Source: Macrostomum lignano
Taxonomy: Eukaryota
Assembly: GCA_002269645.1 (NCBI GenBank)
Contig: NIVC01000650.1
Coordinates: forward strand, 186,001 to 250,000
Direction: 5' to 3'
Length of the DNA: 64,000 nt
The translations under genes and the position numbers were made by a program. Below the pieces are notes generated by a model. That model was not told the DNA's origin and made no database searches. It was given only the letters and a program-made list of their open reading frames with translations. Shown one piece after another: positions 46,701 through 57,680 of this stretch. Numbering within the stretch: position 1 is the first letter of the stretch; every line of letters starts with the position of its first letter.

Positions 46701-47806
46701 GTTCCTGAAGTACTCGCTAGTTCCTGAAGTACTCGCTAGTTCCTGAAGTATTCCCTAGTTCCTGAAGTACTCGCTAGTTCCTGAAGTATTCCCTAGTTCC
46801 TGAAGTATTCCCTAGTTCCTGAAGTATTCCCTAGTTCCTGAAGTATTCCCTAGTTCCTGAAGTATTCCCTAGTTCCTGAAGTATTCCCTAGTTCCTGAAG
46901 TATTTTCTAGTTCCTGAAGTACTCGCTAGTTCCTGAAGTATTCCCTAGTTCCTGAAGTACTCGCTAGTTCCTGAAGTATTCCCTAGTTCCTGAATTATTC
47001 TCTAGTTCCTAAAGTATTCCCTAGTTCCTGAAGTACTCGCTAGTTCCTGAAGTATTCCCTAGTTCCTGAAGTATTCCCTAGTTCCTGAAGCATTCCCTAG
47101 TTCCTGAAGTATTCCCTAGTTCCTGAAGTATTCCCTAGTTCCTGAACTATAGTTCCTGAAGTATTCCCTAGTTCCTGAACTATTCCCTAGTTCCTGAACT
47201 ATTCCCTAGTTCCTGAACTATTCCCTAGTTCCTGAACTATTCCCTAGTTCCTGAAGTATTCCCTAGTTCCTGAAGTATTCCCTAGTTCCTGAACTATAGT
47301 TCCTGAAGTATTCCGTAGTTCCTGAACTATTCCCTAGTTCCTGAACTATTCCCAAGCTCCTGAAGTATTCCTGAATTACTGAGTCGCTGTAACAAATTAC
47401 TCTGGCTGCACCTGGAATCGAGCCTGGGCCGCTGGCACATCATAGCGCCGCGCCAGACCGCTAGGCTGCGGCCCCCGCAAGCAGCTGTTGCTCACTGATC
47501 ATTATTAAATCAGCTTCACCCCCAACCCGGCAACCCCAGCTGCTGGAGATATCCGACTGCCCCGGCATCACCTGGGAGGGCGTCGCCAGCCTGTGGCGTT
47601 TGAAAAATCTTCGCCGATTGGTCCTGTCAGAGAATTGCCACCTGCTGTCCCAGCCCGAGGGCCTGGCCCTGGTGCCGACCCAGCTGGAGTCCCTCGTGCC
47701 CGGCCTGTTCGTTGAAGGTGTCGACGACTTATTAGCGCTGTCGGTTCCGCGTGCCGCCCCAGAAGCCGACTCAGAGAGCGTCTACAGCGCCGAATTGGCG
47801 CCGTGA
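43729..47806 (+). CDS. DMAC2: Mitochondrial DMAC2/ATP5SL (factor B-like, LRR-type) protein, 300 aa; exons 43729-44158, 46126-46331, 47540-47806
   Basis: Arg-rich presequence MLLSVLRRVASRRCYSS; FGVEVAAADRLVRLGCRVAF; IEAIDARD; LRLRRCPFVDD; LEISDCPGIT..GV..L..LKNLRRL. Splice phases 1 and 0 match. DMAC2 versus ATP5S/DMAC2L is not fully resolved. Confidence 0.82.
44270..46070. repeat. Compound 12/24-bp minisatellite in intron 1 (GGTCAGGTAGGGAGTCAGACAGAT), with an inverted block at 44586-44790
   Basis: Direct reading; the block reads CTACCTGACCATCTGTCTGACTCC. Confidence 0.95.
46420..47370. repeat. 19-bp minisatellite in intron 2 (TTCCTGAAGTATTCCCTAG)
   Basis: About 48 copies. Confidence 0.96.
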
Positions 47807-48219
47807 CCTTTATTGACCTCTAGTGTCCTTAGATGACCCTACTGTAACCTTGGGCTGCCATTGGCTTTTGATTATTGCAAAAATACAATTTTTTATTCTG
47901 TTTTGCCTGATATCATTGTTTAAAAATTCACTTAACTGTTTACTTACAGTAGTAGCACTTTGCTTGTTTGCGCGTATAAAATTACATATTGACGAAAACC
48001 CGTCTATGAATTTTTTCAAGCATTTTTGGAATTTCGTCAACTGATGAAAACAAATGCAAATTTGCAAATTCTAACAGTTTTTTAACATAAGCAAATGACA
48101 GACGGCTGTGCTTTGCTTTTGGCTTCAAAGCTTTTCTGTTTGCTAGGCCCCGAGGACATTTAAATCAGTATCAGAGGTCAAACTGGCGCTTACTGAAGGA
48201 TCTGGAGTAGAAATTTCTG

Positions 48220-49618
48220 CTTACTGAAAAACTATAGGGTAGAAATGGCGCTTAATGAATAACTATAGGGTAGAAATAGCGCTTGTTCTTCAGGTAGAAA
48301 TAGCGCTTGCTGAAGAACTTTAGGGTAGAAATAGCGCTTGCTGAAGAACTTTAGGGTAGAAATAGCGCTTGCTGAAGAACTTTAGGGTAGAAATAGCGCT
48401 TGCTGAAGAACTTTAGGGTAGAAATAGCGCTTGCTGAAGAACTTTAGGGTAGAAATGGCGCTTGCTGAAGAACTTTAGGGTAGAAATGGCGCTTGCTGAA
48501 GAACTTTAGGGTAGAAATGGCGCTTAGTGAAGAACTTTAGGGTAGAAATAGCGCTTGCTGAAGAGCTTTAGGGTAGAAATAGCGCTTGCTGAAGAACTTT
48601 AGGGTAGAAATAGCGCTTGCTGAAGAACTTTAGGGTAGAAATAGCGCTTGCTGAAGAACTTTAGGGTAGAAATAGCGCTTGCTGAAGAGCTTTAGGGTAG
48701 AAACAGCGCTTGCTGAAGAACTTTAGGGTAGAAACAGCGCTTGCTGAAGAACTTTAGGGTAGAAATAGCGCTTGCTGAAGAGCTTTAGGGTAGAAACAGC
48801 GCTTGCTAAAGAGCTTTAGGGTAGAAAAATAGCGCTTGCTGAAGAACTTTGGGGTAGAAAAATAGCGCTTGCTGAAGAACTTTGGGGTAGAAAAATAGCG
48901 CTTGCTGAAGAACTTTAGGGTAGAAACAGCGCTTGCTGAAGAACTTTAGGGTAGAAACAGCGCTTGCTAAAGAGCTTTAGGGTAGAAAAATAGCGCTCGC
49001 TGAAGAACTTTGGGGTAGAAAAATAGCGCTTGCTGAAGAACTTTGGGGTAGAAAAATAGCGCTTGCTGAAGAACTTTGGGGTAGAAAAATAGCGCTTGCT
49101 GAAGAACTTTGGGGTAGAAAAATAGCGCTTGCTGAAGAACTTTAGGGTAGAAAAATAGCGCTTGCTGAAGAACTTTGGGGTAGAAAAATAGCGCTTGCTG
49201 AAGAACTTTGGGGTAGAAAAATAGCGCTTGCTGAAGAACTTTAGGGTAGAAAAATAGCGCTTGCTGAAGAACTTTAGGGTAGAAAAATAGCGCTTGCTGA
49301 AGAACTTTGGGGTAGAAAAATAGCGCTTGCTGAAGAACTTTGGGGTAGAAAAATAGCGCTTGCTGAAGAACTTTGGGGTAGAAAAATAGCGCTTGCTGAA
49401 GAACTTTGGGGTAGAAAAATAGCGCTTGCTGAAGAACTTTAGGGTAGAAAAATAGCGCTTGCTGAAGAACTTTGGGGTAGAAAAATAGCGCTTGCTGAAG
49501 AACTTTGGGGTAGAAAAATAGCGCTTGCTGAAGAACTTTAGGGTAGAAAAATAGCGCTTGCTGAAGAACTTTGGGGTAGAAAAATAGCGCTTGCTGAAGA
49601 ACTTTGGGGTAGAAATAG
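48220..49618. repeat. 31/33-bp minisatellite (TAGCGCTTGCTGAAGAACTTT(A/G)GGGTAGAAA(AA))
   Basis: 31-bp units on the left, 33-bp units on the right; explains the STPKFFSKRYF ORFs. Confidence 0.96.
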
Positions 49619-50225
49619 CACTCGCTGGACGATCTGAGAGTGAAAAAGTCGCAGTGAGTGGCACCATCCAGAGTTGCTATATACAAGTGCTGTTTTGCTC
49701 TCACTGAATTCTAGTTTTCGTTGCTGACGTCATTCTCTCAGTGCCATCCTTCGTCAAGAAATCGACTAATTTACTTTAACTGAGAAAGTACCCAACACTA
49801 TAGATAGGGTTTCTAATAGACGGCAGGAAAACTTTCTAGTTTGCTAATTAAAAGCTTGAATTTCTCGAGCTCGGATTGCTTTGTTTAAATGGAAACTTTT
49901 CCTCTTCCCGGCGAGTCAGGGGAGTTCTAGTTCTGGTCGAACCGGATCAAAGGGACATCTGTAGCTCTTAATTAGCTTTCTTCGTTTGAAATCCGCAGAT
50001 TTTCTTTGATTAGCAGCTAATCTGGACTAACTTGATTTAACTGAGCAAATAGCACGATAAAAGTTAATTTTTTTAATTAGATAGCACTTCACTGTGCAGT
50101 TAAATGAAGACTTGCTGGCTGTGTTGTTGGCGCCTGAACTGCTAACAGCTAGAAAGCTGTTGAAATAAAACTACAATTTGAATACGTGTAGCAAAGTCAG
50201 AGACATGGGGGAAGCGGGCTTGCAT

Positions 50226-50233
50226 TATCTATC

Positions 50234-50328
<95 letters not shown>

Positions 50329-50333
50329 TTATC

Positions 50334-50384
<51 letters not shown>

Positions 50385-50424
50385 TTATCTATCTCTCTAT
50401 CTATCTATCTAGCTATCTATCTAT

Positions 50425-50487
<63 letters not shown>

Positions 50488-50500
50488 GCTATCTATCTAT

Positions 50501-50548
<48 letters not shown>

Positions 50549-50549
50549 A

Positions 50550-50592
<43 letters not shown>

Positions 50593-50597
50593 TTATC

Positions 50598-50664
<67 letters not shown>

Positions 50665-50680
50665 CTATCTATTTATCTAT

Positions 50681-50748
<68 letters not shown>

Positions 50749-50779
50749 CTATCTATTTATCTATTTATCTATCTATCTA
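50226..50779. repeat. (TATC)n microsatellite, target of the Tc1 insertion
   Basis: Continues for a few units after the element (52436-52449). Confidence 0.97.
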
Positions 50780-52435
50780 CAGTCATGCACAAAAGTAAGT
50801 ACACCCCAAGCAAAAATTGAGAAAAACGGTTATAATTTCTGAACCGTCAGCTCTATTACGACAAAACTGCATCACAATGATCCTTATTGACTGGCGCTTA
50901 TTTTGACACATCAAGCTTTGAAAAACTCTTTGTGGCTAAGGAGCTGTGGCCAAAAATGCTCAAACACACCTGTGCAAAAGTAAGTACACCCTGCCCTTCA
51001 CTACCAGTATAACCTCCTCTGTGCAAATGCGAGCCACCACAAGTACATTGCCAGCCGCCTCACTGCCTGTTACGTCACCAGCGACTTTAGTCCTGCTCGC
51101 CCCTGCCCTCAATCGGCTCAGCTACTGGTTTTCATGCTACTATAAAGCTCATGTGCACTGCAGCCGCTTCGTCATTGACTTGATACACGCCAGGACAATG
51201 CCAAGAGGCCAGGAGCTGTCAGTTCAGTTAAGAAATCGCATTGTAGCAGCTCACGATAGTGGCGATGGCTACAAGCGGATATCTGCTGCCTTCAATGTGC
51301 ATGTATCAACGGTTAGGCGCATCATCGCAAAGTACAAACAGCACGGCACCACAGCATCTCTGCCTCGCAGTGGCCGGCCGAGCAAAATTTCAGCTCGCGC
51401 GCTGCGCAAACTCATGCAAGAGGTCAGCCAAAACCCGAATGCAACATCAGGCGAGCTGCAGCAGATGCTGAATGCAGCTGGCTTATTGCCGCACAGGACT
51501 ACTGTTCGCCAAGCCCTGAACCGCGCGGGCCTCCGCAGCTGCATTCCAAGAAAAAAGCCTCTGCTGCAGCAGCGACATCGCGATGCCAGGCTGCAGTTCG
51601 CTAATGCGATGCTGAGCAAGCCAGACAGCTACTGGCAGTCAGTGCTTTGGACTGATGAAACCAAGATTGAGCTGTTCGGCAGGAATGAGAAGCAGCGCGT
51701 GTGGCGCAAGCCGAACACTGCATTTGAGCAGAAACACCTGAAGCCGACAGTCAAGCACGGAGGCGGCAGCATCATGCTGTGGGGCTGCTTTGCAGCTGCT
51801 GGCACCGGCAGGCTGATGCACATCACCGAGAAGATGAATTCGGCCGTGTATCTGCAGATCCTTGACGAAAACCTGCAGTCATCAGTGCATGACCTCGGTC
51901 TTGGACGAGCTTGGACACTGCAGCAGGACAATGACCCAAGCACACGAGTGCTGCAACTCGGCGATGGCTGCAGCAGAGGCGCATCAAGGTTATGGAGTGG
52001 CCAAGCCAGAGCCCTGACCTGAACCCGATCGAGATGCTGTGGACGGATCTCAAGAAGATGGTTCACGCGAGGAAGCCGAAGAATCTGCGGGAATTGGCCG
52101 AATTCTGCATCGAGGAGTGGCGGAAAGTGCCCGCTGAGAGGTGCGCTGCCCTGGTGAATGGCTACCGCAAGCGGCTCTTGGCTGTGGTGGCTGCACGAGG
52201 CGGAGCTACAAAGTATTAAGACAGGGTGTACTTACTTTTGCACATGTGTGTTTGAGCATTTTTGGCCACAGCTCCTTAGCCACAAAGAGTTTTTCAAAGC
52301 TTGATGTGTCAAAATAAGCGCCAGTCAATAAGGATCATTGTGATGCAGTTTTGTTGTAATAGAGCTGACGATTCAGAAATTATAACCGTTTTTCTCAATT
52401 TTTGCTTGGGGTGTACTTACTTTTGTGCATGACTG
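50780..52435 (+). mobile_element. Tc1-family IR/DR transposon, 1,656 bp
   Basis: 214-bp TIRs (50780-50993 and 52222-52435; 3 mismatches by eye), each with two copies of CAAAAGTAAGTACACCC; TA TSD. Confidence 0.97.
51198..52219 (+). pseudogene. DD34E Tc1 transposase with a single 1-bp frameshift near 51938
   Basis: MPRGQELS...RSGRP paired-like DNA-binding domain; WTDE; QQDNDP then (after the shift) KHTS...EWPSQSPDLNPIE; 34 residues between the second D and E. Confidence 0.93.
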
Positions 52436-52690
52436 TATCTATCTATTTATCCGTCAGTCTGGTTAATTAGTACGAGCTCATAGTCATCATATTGACTTTT
52501 ATTTGAAAGAAAACAGAGCAACTCTTACTTATTGCTGTTAAATTAAATCATCCTCAGAATCCTAAACTGGGTACTTGGCGAGCCAGTGCTAAAAAGGGGC
52601 TACATAAATTTCTTGTCGGCATTATTTGTATTCACAATAAAGTTTACCGGTCAACACTAGTCACTACTTGTACATGTACATGCATGCGAG

Positions 52691-54118
52691 TCATTGTCCA
52701 ACCAGGGCTATCGTTCGAATTTCGTAGGTGAGCACGTTCAGCTGGTCAGGCGACGTGGTGAACAGCCGGCTAGCTGGGATGTCCACCATGGAGTTGACGG
52801 CCTCGCTGCGGTAGAACATCGCGCCGATGTTGTAGTGGCCCGGGGTCCGGCCGAACGGAGTGGCCGACTCAACCCGACTGAGCAGCTCCAGGGTGCTGCA
52901 GTTGTTGTCAACGGTCAGGAATACCGACTTCTCTGGGGTGCGGCATCGGGCAGGGTGTACAGGGGCTTTAGCACCAGGGGCGCCAGTACCAGGGGTGCCA
53001 GCACCAGGGGCGCCAGCACCAGTGGCGCCAGTACCAGGGGACGCCAGTACCAGGGGTTTTAGCACCAGGGGCGCCAGCACCAGGGGCTACATGTACATGT
53101 AAAAGTGCCAGAGTCTTGTCGTGCACTACATGAGAAATTAGGCTCTACTATGCAGGGCACTCTGGTGCAATGCCTTTGGCGAGATCGTCCCACAATCGGT
53201 GCTGACATCAATTCTGCCCCGTCCCGCTGACTCCTGATCACAGACAAGCGCGCCAATACCTTACGCACTCACACACAGGGGCGTAGCCAGAGGGGGGGGC
53301 AAGGGGGGCCCCCCCCCCCCCCCCAATCACCAACTCTGGCCTTGGCGCCCCCCCAGAACTGCGCTTTACCGCCCCTTTGAAAATGCTGCCGCTTTCCTGG
53401 CGCCCCCCATAAATAAACTGCCCCCCCCTAAAAAACTGCCCCGCCCTATAAAGAAACTGGCGCCCCCCCCCTATAAGAAACTGGCGCCCCCCCCCCCCTA
53501 AAAGAAACTGGCGCCCCCCTATAAGAAACTGGCGCCCCCTATAAGGAACTGGCGCCCCTATAAGAAACTGGCGCCCCCCCTATAAGAAACTGGCGCCCCC
53601 CTCTATAAGAAACTGGCGCCCCCTAACTCACGCCCCCCCCAATCAATATTCCTGGCTACGCCCCTGCTCACACACACGCTCACACAGGGTGTACAAACGG
53701 CCCTGACTTTCTAATCGTCAGTCATGTAGCTCGTACACTCTCAGTTTCCTGGGGCTGGCTCTCATGAGCTGTGAATCTTACGACAACCCCCCTGGCTAAT
53801 TTTCTCTCACAAGCCCCAAATGAATTTCGCGCAGGGAATCGAACCTGGGATCGAGGCGCGAGAGTGGGGCGAAGTATAACAATATATAGCTCATTTTAAT
53901 ATTAAAAACTTCAAAGATCCCAAACTTCCTAATGCGTCATCACTCAAGCATGCGCAGCCACTGTGACATGTAAAAGACACACAAAATTAAGGGCCCTGCA
54001 ACACAAGTGAAAAGCATTGAAGCGTTCAAGTAGGTTAGCCAGGCTCACGTTGCATGTTTCACTCACTTTCCAGTTCAAAGCTCGGAGTCCAGAAGTGGTA
54101 GTTGATCAGGAATCGCAT
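52691..54118 (-). CDS. Unrecognised 97-aa protein with a ubiquitin-like (beta-grasp) pattern; exons 54118-54067 and 52932-52691
   Basis: Exon 1 MRFLINYHFWTPSFELE ends A|GTGAGT; exon 2 follows CCCCAG|AG in matching phase 1 with GC3-rich codons; AATAAA on the minus strand near 52500. The fold call is inference. Confidence 0.72.
52968..53090. repeat. 15-bp minisatellite (CCAGGGGCGCCAG(T/C)A) in the intron of the ubiquitin-like gene
   Basis: About 8 copies. Confidence 0.9.
53276..53666. mobile_element. hAT-type MITE, 391 bp
   Basis: Perfect 15-bp TIRs CAGGGGCGTAGCCAG / CTGGCTACGCCCCTG; perfect TSD CTCACACA; internal AAGAAACTGGCGCCCCC repeats. Confidence 0.93.
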
Positions 54119-54279
54119 CCTTGTCGTTGTCGATATTAATTCAACCGAAAATTTCTAATAAGAAAAAGAGAATCGAAGGTCGCATGTCTCGAGTTCGCTC
54201 ATACTAAAAAAATTGCTTTGCTCCTGCCATAGACGCATTCAAGTTTGGGAACTTTCTGAGTCACTTTAATTTTTGAGTC

Positions 54280-54321
54280 AATCAGTCAATCAATCAGTCA
54301 ATCAATCAGTCAATCAATCAG

Positions 54322-54364
<43 letters not shown>

Positions 54365-54500
54365 GTCAATCAATCAATCAATCAATGAATCAGTCAATCA
54401 ATCAATCAATTAATCAGTCAATCAATCAATCAGTCAAACGATCAATCAATCAATCAATCAATCAACCAATCAATCAGGCAATCAATCAATCAATCAATGA
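54280..54500. repeat. (TCAA)n microsatellite
   Basis: Direct reading. Confidence 0.95.
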
Positions 54501-54860
54501 ATCACTGAACTTATTCAGTCTAATGAACAATAAGAAATTTACGGATATAATTAAATACTAAAAAATCTATAATTTTTCTCGTCAAAATCAATCCATTTAT
54601 CTATCAGTTTATCTGCTTTAATAATTTAAAAAAGCTTAGATAAACTGAATCATGGCAATCATTGAAACAATTTTCCAGTAAAAGTTACATTATTTGAAAC
54701 AATGGCCTAAATGTAAAGTAAAAGAAGTACATATATAAGGTAGAATTCAAGTAGCCAACAGCAAAGTTGAGCTGCTCTAGGGCAGTACAGATCTGCCCAG
54801 CTCAGCAAACACTGTTGAACTTTGATCGCAGCTTTCCTGAGTTTGATAAACAACATTGAC

Positions 54861-55830
54861 CTTCAGGGTCTCCCTTCAGGGTCTCCCTTCAGGGTCTCCC
54901 TTTAGGGTCTCCCTTCAGGGTCTCCCTTCAGGGTCTCCCTTCAGGGTCTCCCTTCAGGGTCTCCCTTCAGGGTCTCCCTTCAGGGTCTCCCTTCAGGGTC
55001 TCCCTTCAGGGTCTCCCTTCAGGGTCTCCCTTCAGGGTCTCCCTTCAGGGTCTCCCTTCAGGGTCTCCCTTCAGGGTCTCCCTTCAGGGTCTCCCTTCAG
55101 GGTCTCCCTTCAGGGTCTCCCTTCAGGGTCTCCCTTCAGGGTCTCCCTTCAGGGTCTCCCTTCAGGGTCTCCCTTCAGGGTCTCCCTTCAGGGTCTCCCT
55201 TCAGGGTCTCCCTTCAGGGTCTCCCTTCAGGGTCTCCCTTCAGGGTCTCCCTTCAGGGTCTCCCTTCAGGGTCTCCCTTCAGGGTCTCCCTTCAGGGTCT
55301 CCCTTCAGGGTCTCCCTTCAGGGTCTCCCTTCAGGGTCTCCCTTCAGGGTCTCCCTTCAGGGTCTCCCTTCAGGGTCTCCCTTCAGGGTCTCCCTTCAGG
55401 GTCTCCCTTCAGGGTCTCCCTTCAGGGTCTCCCTTCAGGGTCTCCCTTCAGGGTCTCCCTTCAGGGTCTCCCTTCAGGGTCTCCCTTCAGGGTCTCCCTT
55501 CAGGGTCTCCCTTCAGGGTCTCCCTTCAGGGTCTCCCTTCAGGGTCTCCCTTCAGGGTCTCCCTTCAGGGTCTCCCTTCAGGGTCTCCCTTCAGGGTCTC
55601 CCTTCAGGGTCTCCCTTCAGGGTCTCCCTTCAGGGTCTCCCTTCAGGGTCTCCCTTCAGGGTCTCCCTTCAGGGTCTCCCTTCAGGGTCTCCCTTCAGGG
55701 TCTCCCTTCAGGGTCTCCCTTCAGGGTCTCCCTTCAGGGTCTCCCTTCAGGGTCTCCCTTCAGGGTCTCCCTTCAGGGTCTCCCTTCAGGGTCTCCCTTC
55801 AGGGTCTCCCTTCAGGGTCTCCCTTCAGGG
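54861..55830. repeat. Highly homogeneous 13-bp minisatellite (CTTCAGGGTCTCC)
   Basis: About 75 copies; one visible variant at 54901. Confidence 0.97.
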
Positions 55831-56379
55831 ATTGTTGATTTTCTGTCGCTTCCCCGCACTCCTAGCAAGCCTAATCCCGACAGCTATAATGCAGCCAATC
55901 CTTCATTAACGCTGTCTCCATTACTGTATTTTCATTCCCAAATCCCCACTGGGATCTAGGATTTCATAATTGAGCCACATTTTATCCCATCACGAAAACC
56001 AAAAATATGATTATTGAATCGAACATTATGTTTGCGTGCCTTTTTACAGTTTCCTTGTATGGCATTGATTTGTTGATTGTATAATTCGGTCCATAGAGCC
56101 GCGCTGCCATCAGAGATGAAGTACTCAGCTTCTCATTCGAGCTCTCCCTGCGAAGCTAATGGAAAAGCACTGTATATGTGTGTAGCTACCGTTGTATCGT
56201 CCATCTGGTCCCGAACCCTAAGTGAGCACTTGGACTGCACTGAGCTTTTAGGCTGCTCAGAGCATTTCAGATCCCATTATCAGATCCTGTTTCTAACGCT
56301 TGGGTAGATTTCTATCCCCAAAAGCCGCTGCGGGTTCTGTTTATCTGTGCTTGCCTGGCTCCGGATTTCGACATCTTTG

Positions 56380-56950
56380 AAATTCCACATCCACAATATT
56401 CCACATCCATTTAATATCACATCCATGAAATTCCACATCCATGAAATTCCACATCCATGAAATTCCACATCCATGAAATTCCACATCCATGAAATTCCAC
56501 ATCCATGATATTCCACATCCATGATATTCCACATCCATGATATTCCACATCCATGATATTCCACATCCATGAAATTCCACATCCATGATATTCCACATCC
56601 ATGATATTCCACATCCATGATATTCCACATCCATGAAATTCCACATCCATGAAATTCCACATCCTGAAATTCCACATCCATGATTTTCCACATCCATGAT
56701 TTTCCACATCCATGATATTCCACATCCTGAAATTCCACATCCAGAAATTCCACATCCAGAAATTCCACATCCATGATATTCCACATCCTGAAATTCCACA
56801 TCCAGAAATTCCACATCCATGACATTCCACATCCATGAATTTCCAGATCCACGAAATTCCACATCCGTGAAATTCCACATCCAGAAATTCCACATCCAGA
56901 AATTCCACATCTATGGATTTCCAAATCTACAAAATTCCACATCCGTGAAA
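56380..56950. repeat. 15-17-bp minisatellite (TTCCACATCCATGA(A/T)A)
   Basis: About 35 copies. Confidence 0.95.
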
Positions 56951-57394
56951 TTTACTTTCCTCAAATTCTCAGCACCTGCCAGCTATAGTTCCTCGTCCCT
57001 CTGAGCCAAATGTACTTTTATGTAACGAACCAATGAGAGACCTTGGGAAAGAGAGCCACCTAACGAATTGTCATCATTGGCTGAGTGTATAAAGTAAAGA
57101 AGGGCCTGCAAAGGATACTTACATATCTCAAATTCAGCGTTTTTTTACTTCCAGCAGCTCAGCAGTGACTCCAACCAAATAATTTTTTTGAGTTCGACAA
57201 AAATAATTTTTGATTTTTACTGGGCCTAGGCTGCCTTCGCAACCCAGCTAATATCAGGTGGAATAGGTGAGTTTCTAATCTTCATTCACGTGGAATAGAT
57301 AGCATGATAGTTTAACACATCCTTCTTAGCCAGCAGTATCCCATGCCAATCTAACTAGTGCTTAGCGACCTCCTACTAGTCACCCACTCTTGGC

Positions 57395-57680
57395 ACCTCT
57401 GTTGGCTCTTTTTCTTTGCGCCACTCTTGGCGCCTCTTTTGGCGCTTTTTCTTAGCGCCACTCTTGGCGCCTCTTTTGGCGCTTTTTCTTAGAGCTACTC
57501 TTGGCGCCTCGTTTAGCGCATTTTCTTAGCGCCACTCTTGGCGCCTCGTTTGGCGCTTTTTATTCGCGTCACTCTTTGAAGCCTCTTTTGGCGCTTTTTC
57601 TTAGCGCCACTCTTGGCGCCTCTTTTGGCGCTTTTTATTCGCGTGACTCTTTGGCGCCTCTTTTGGAGCTTTTTTTCACG
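57395..57680. repeat. 37-bp tandem repeat (GCGCCACTCTTGGCGCCTCTTTTGGCGCTTTTTCTTA)
   Basis: About 7 diverged copies. Confidence 0.9.
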
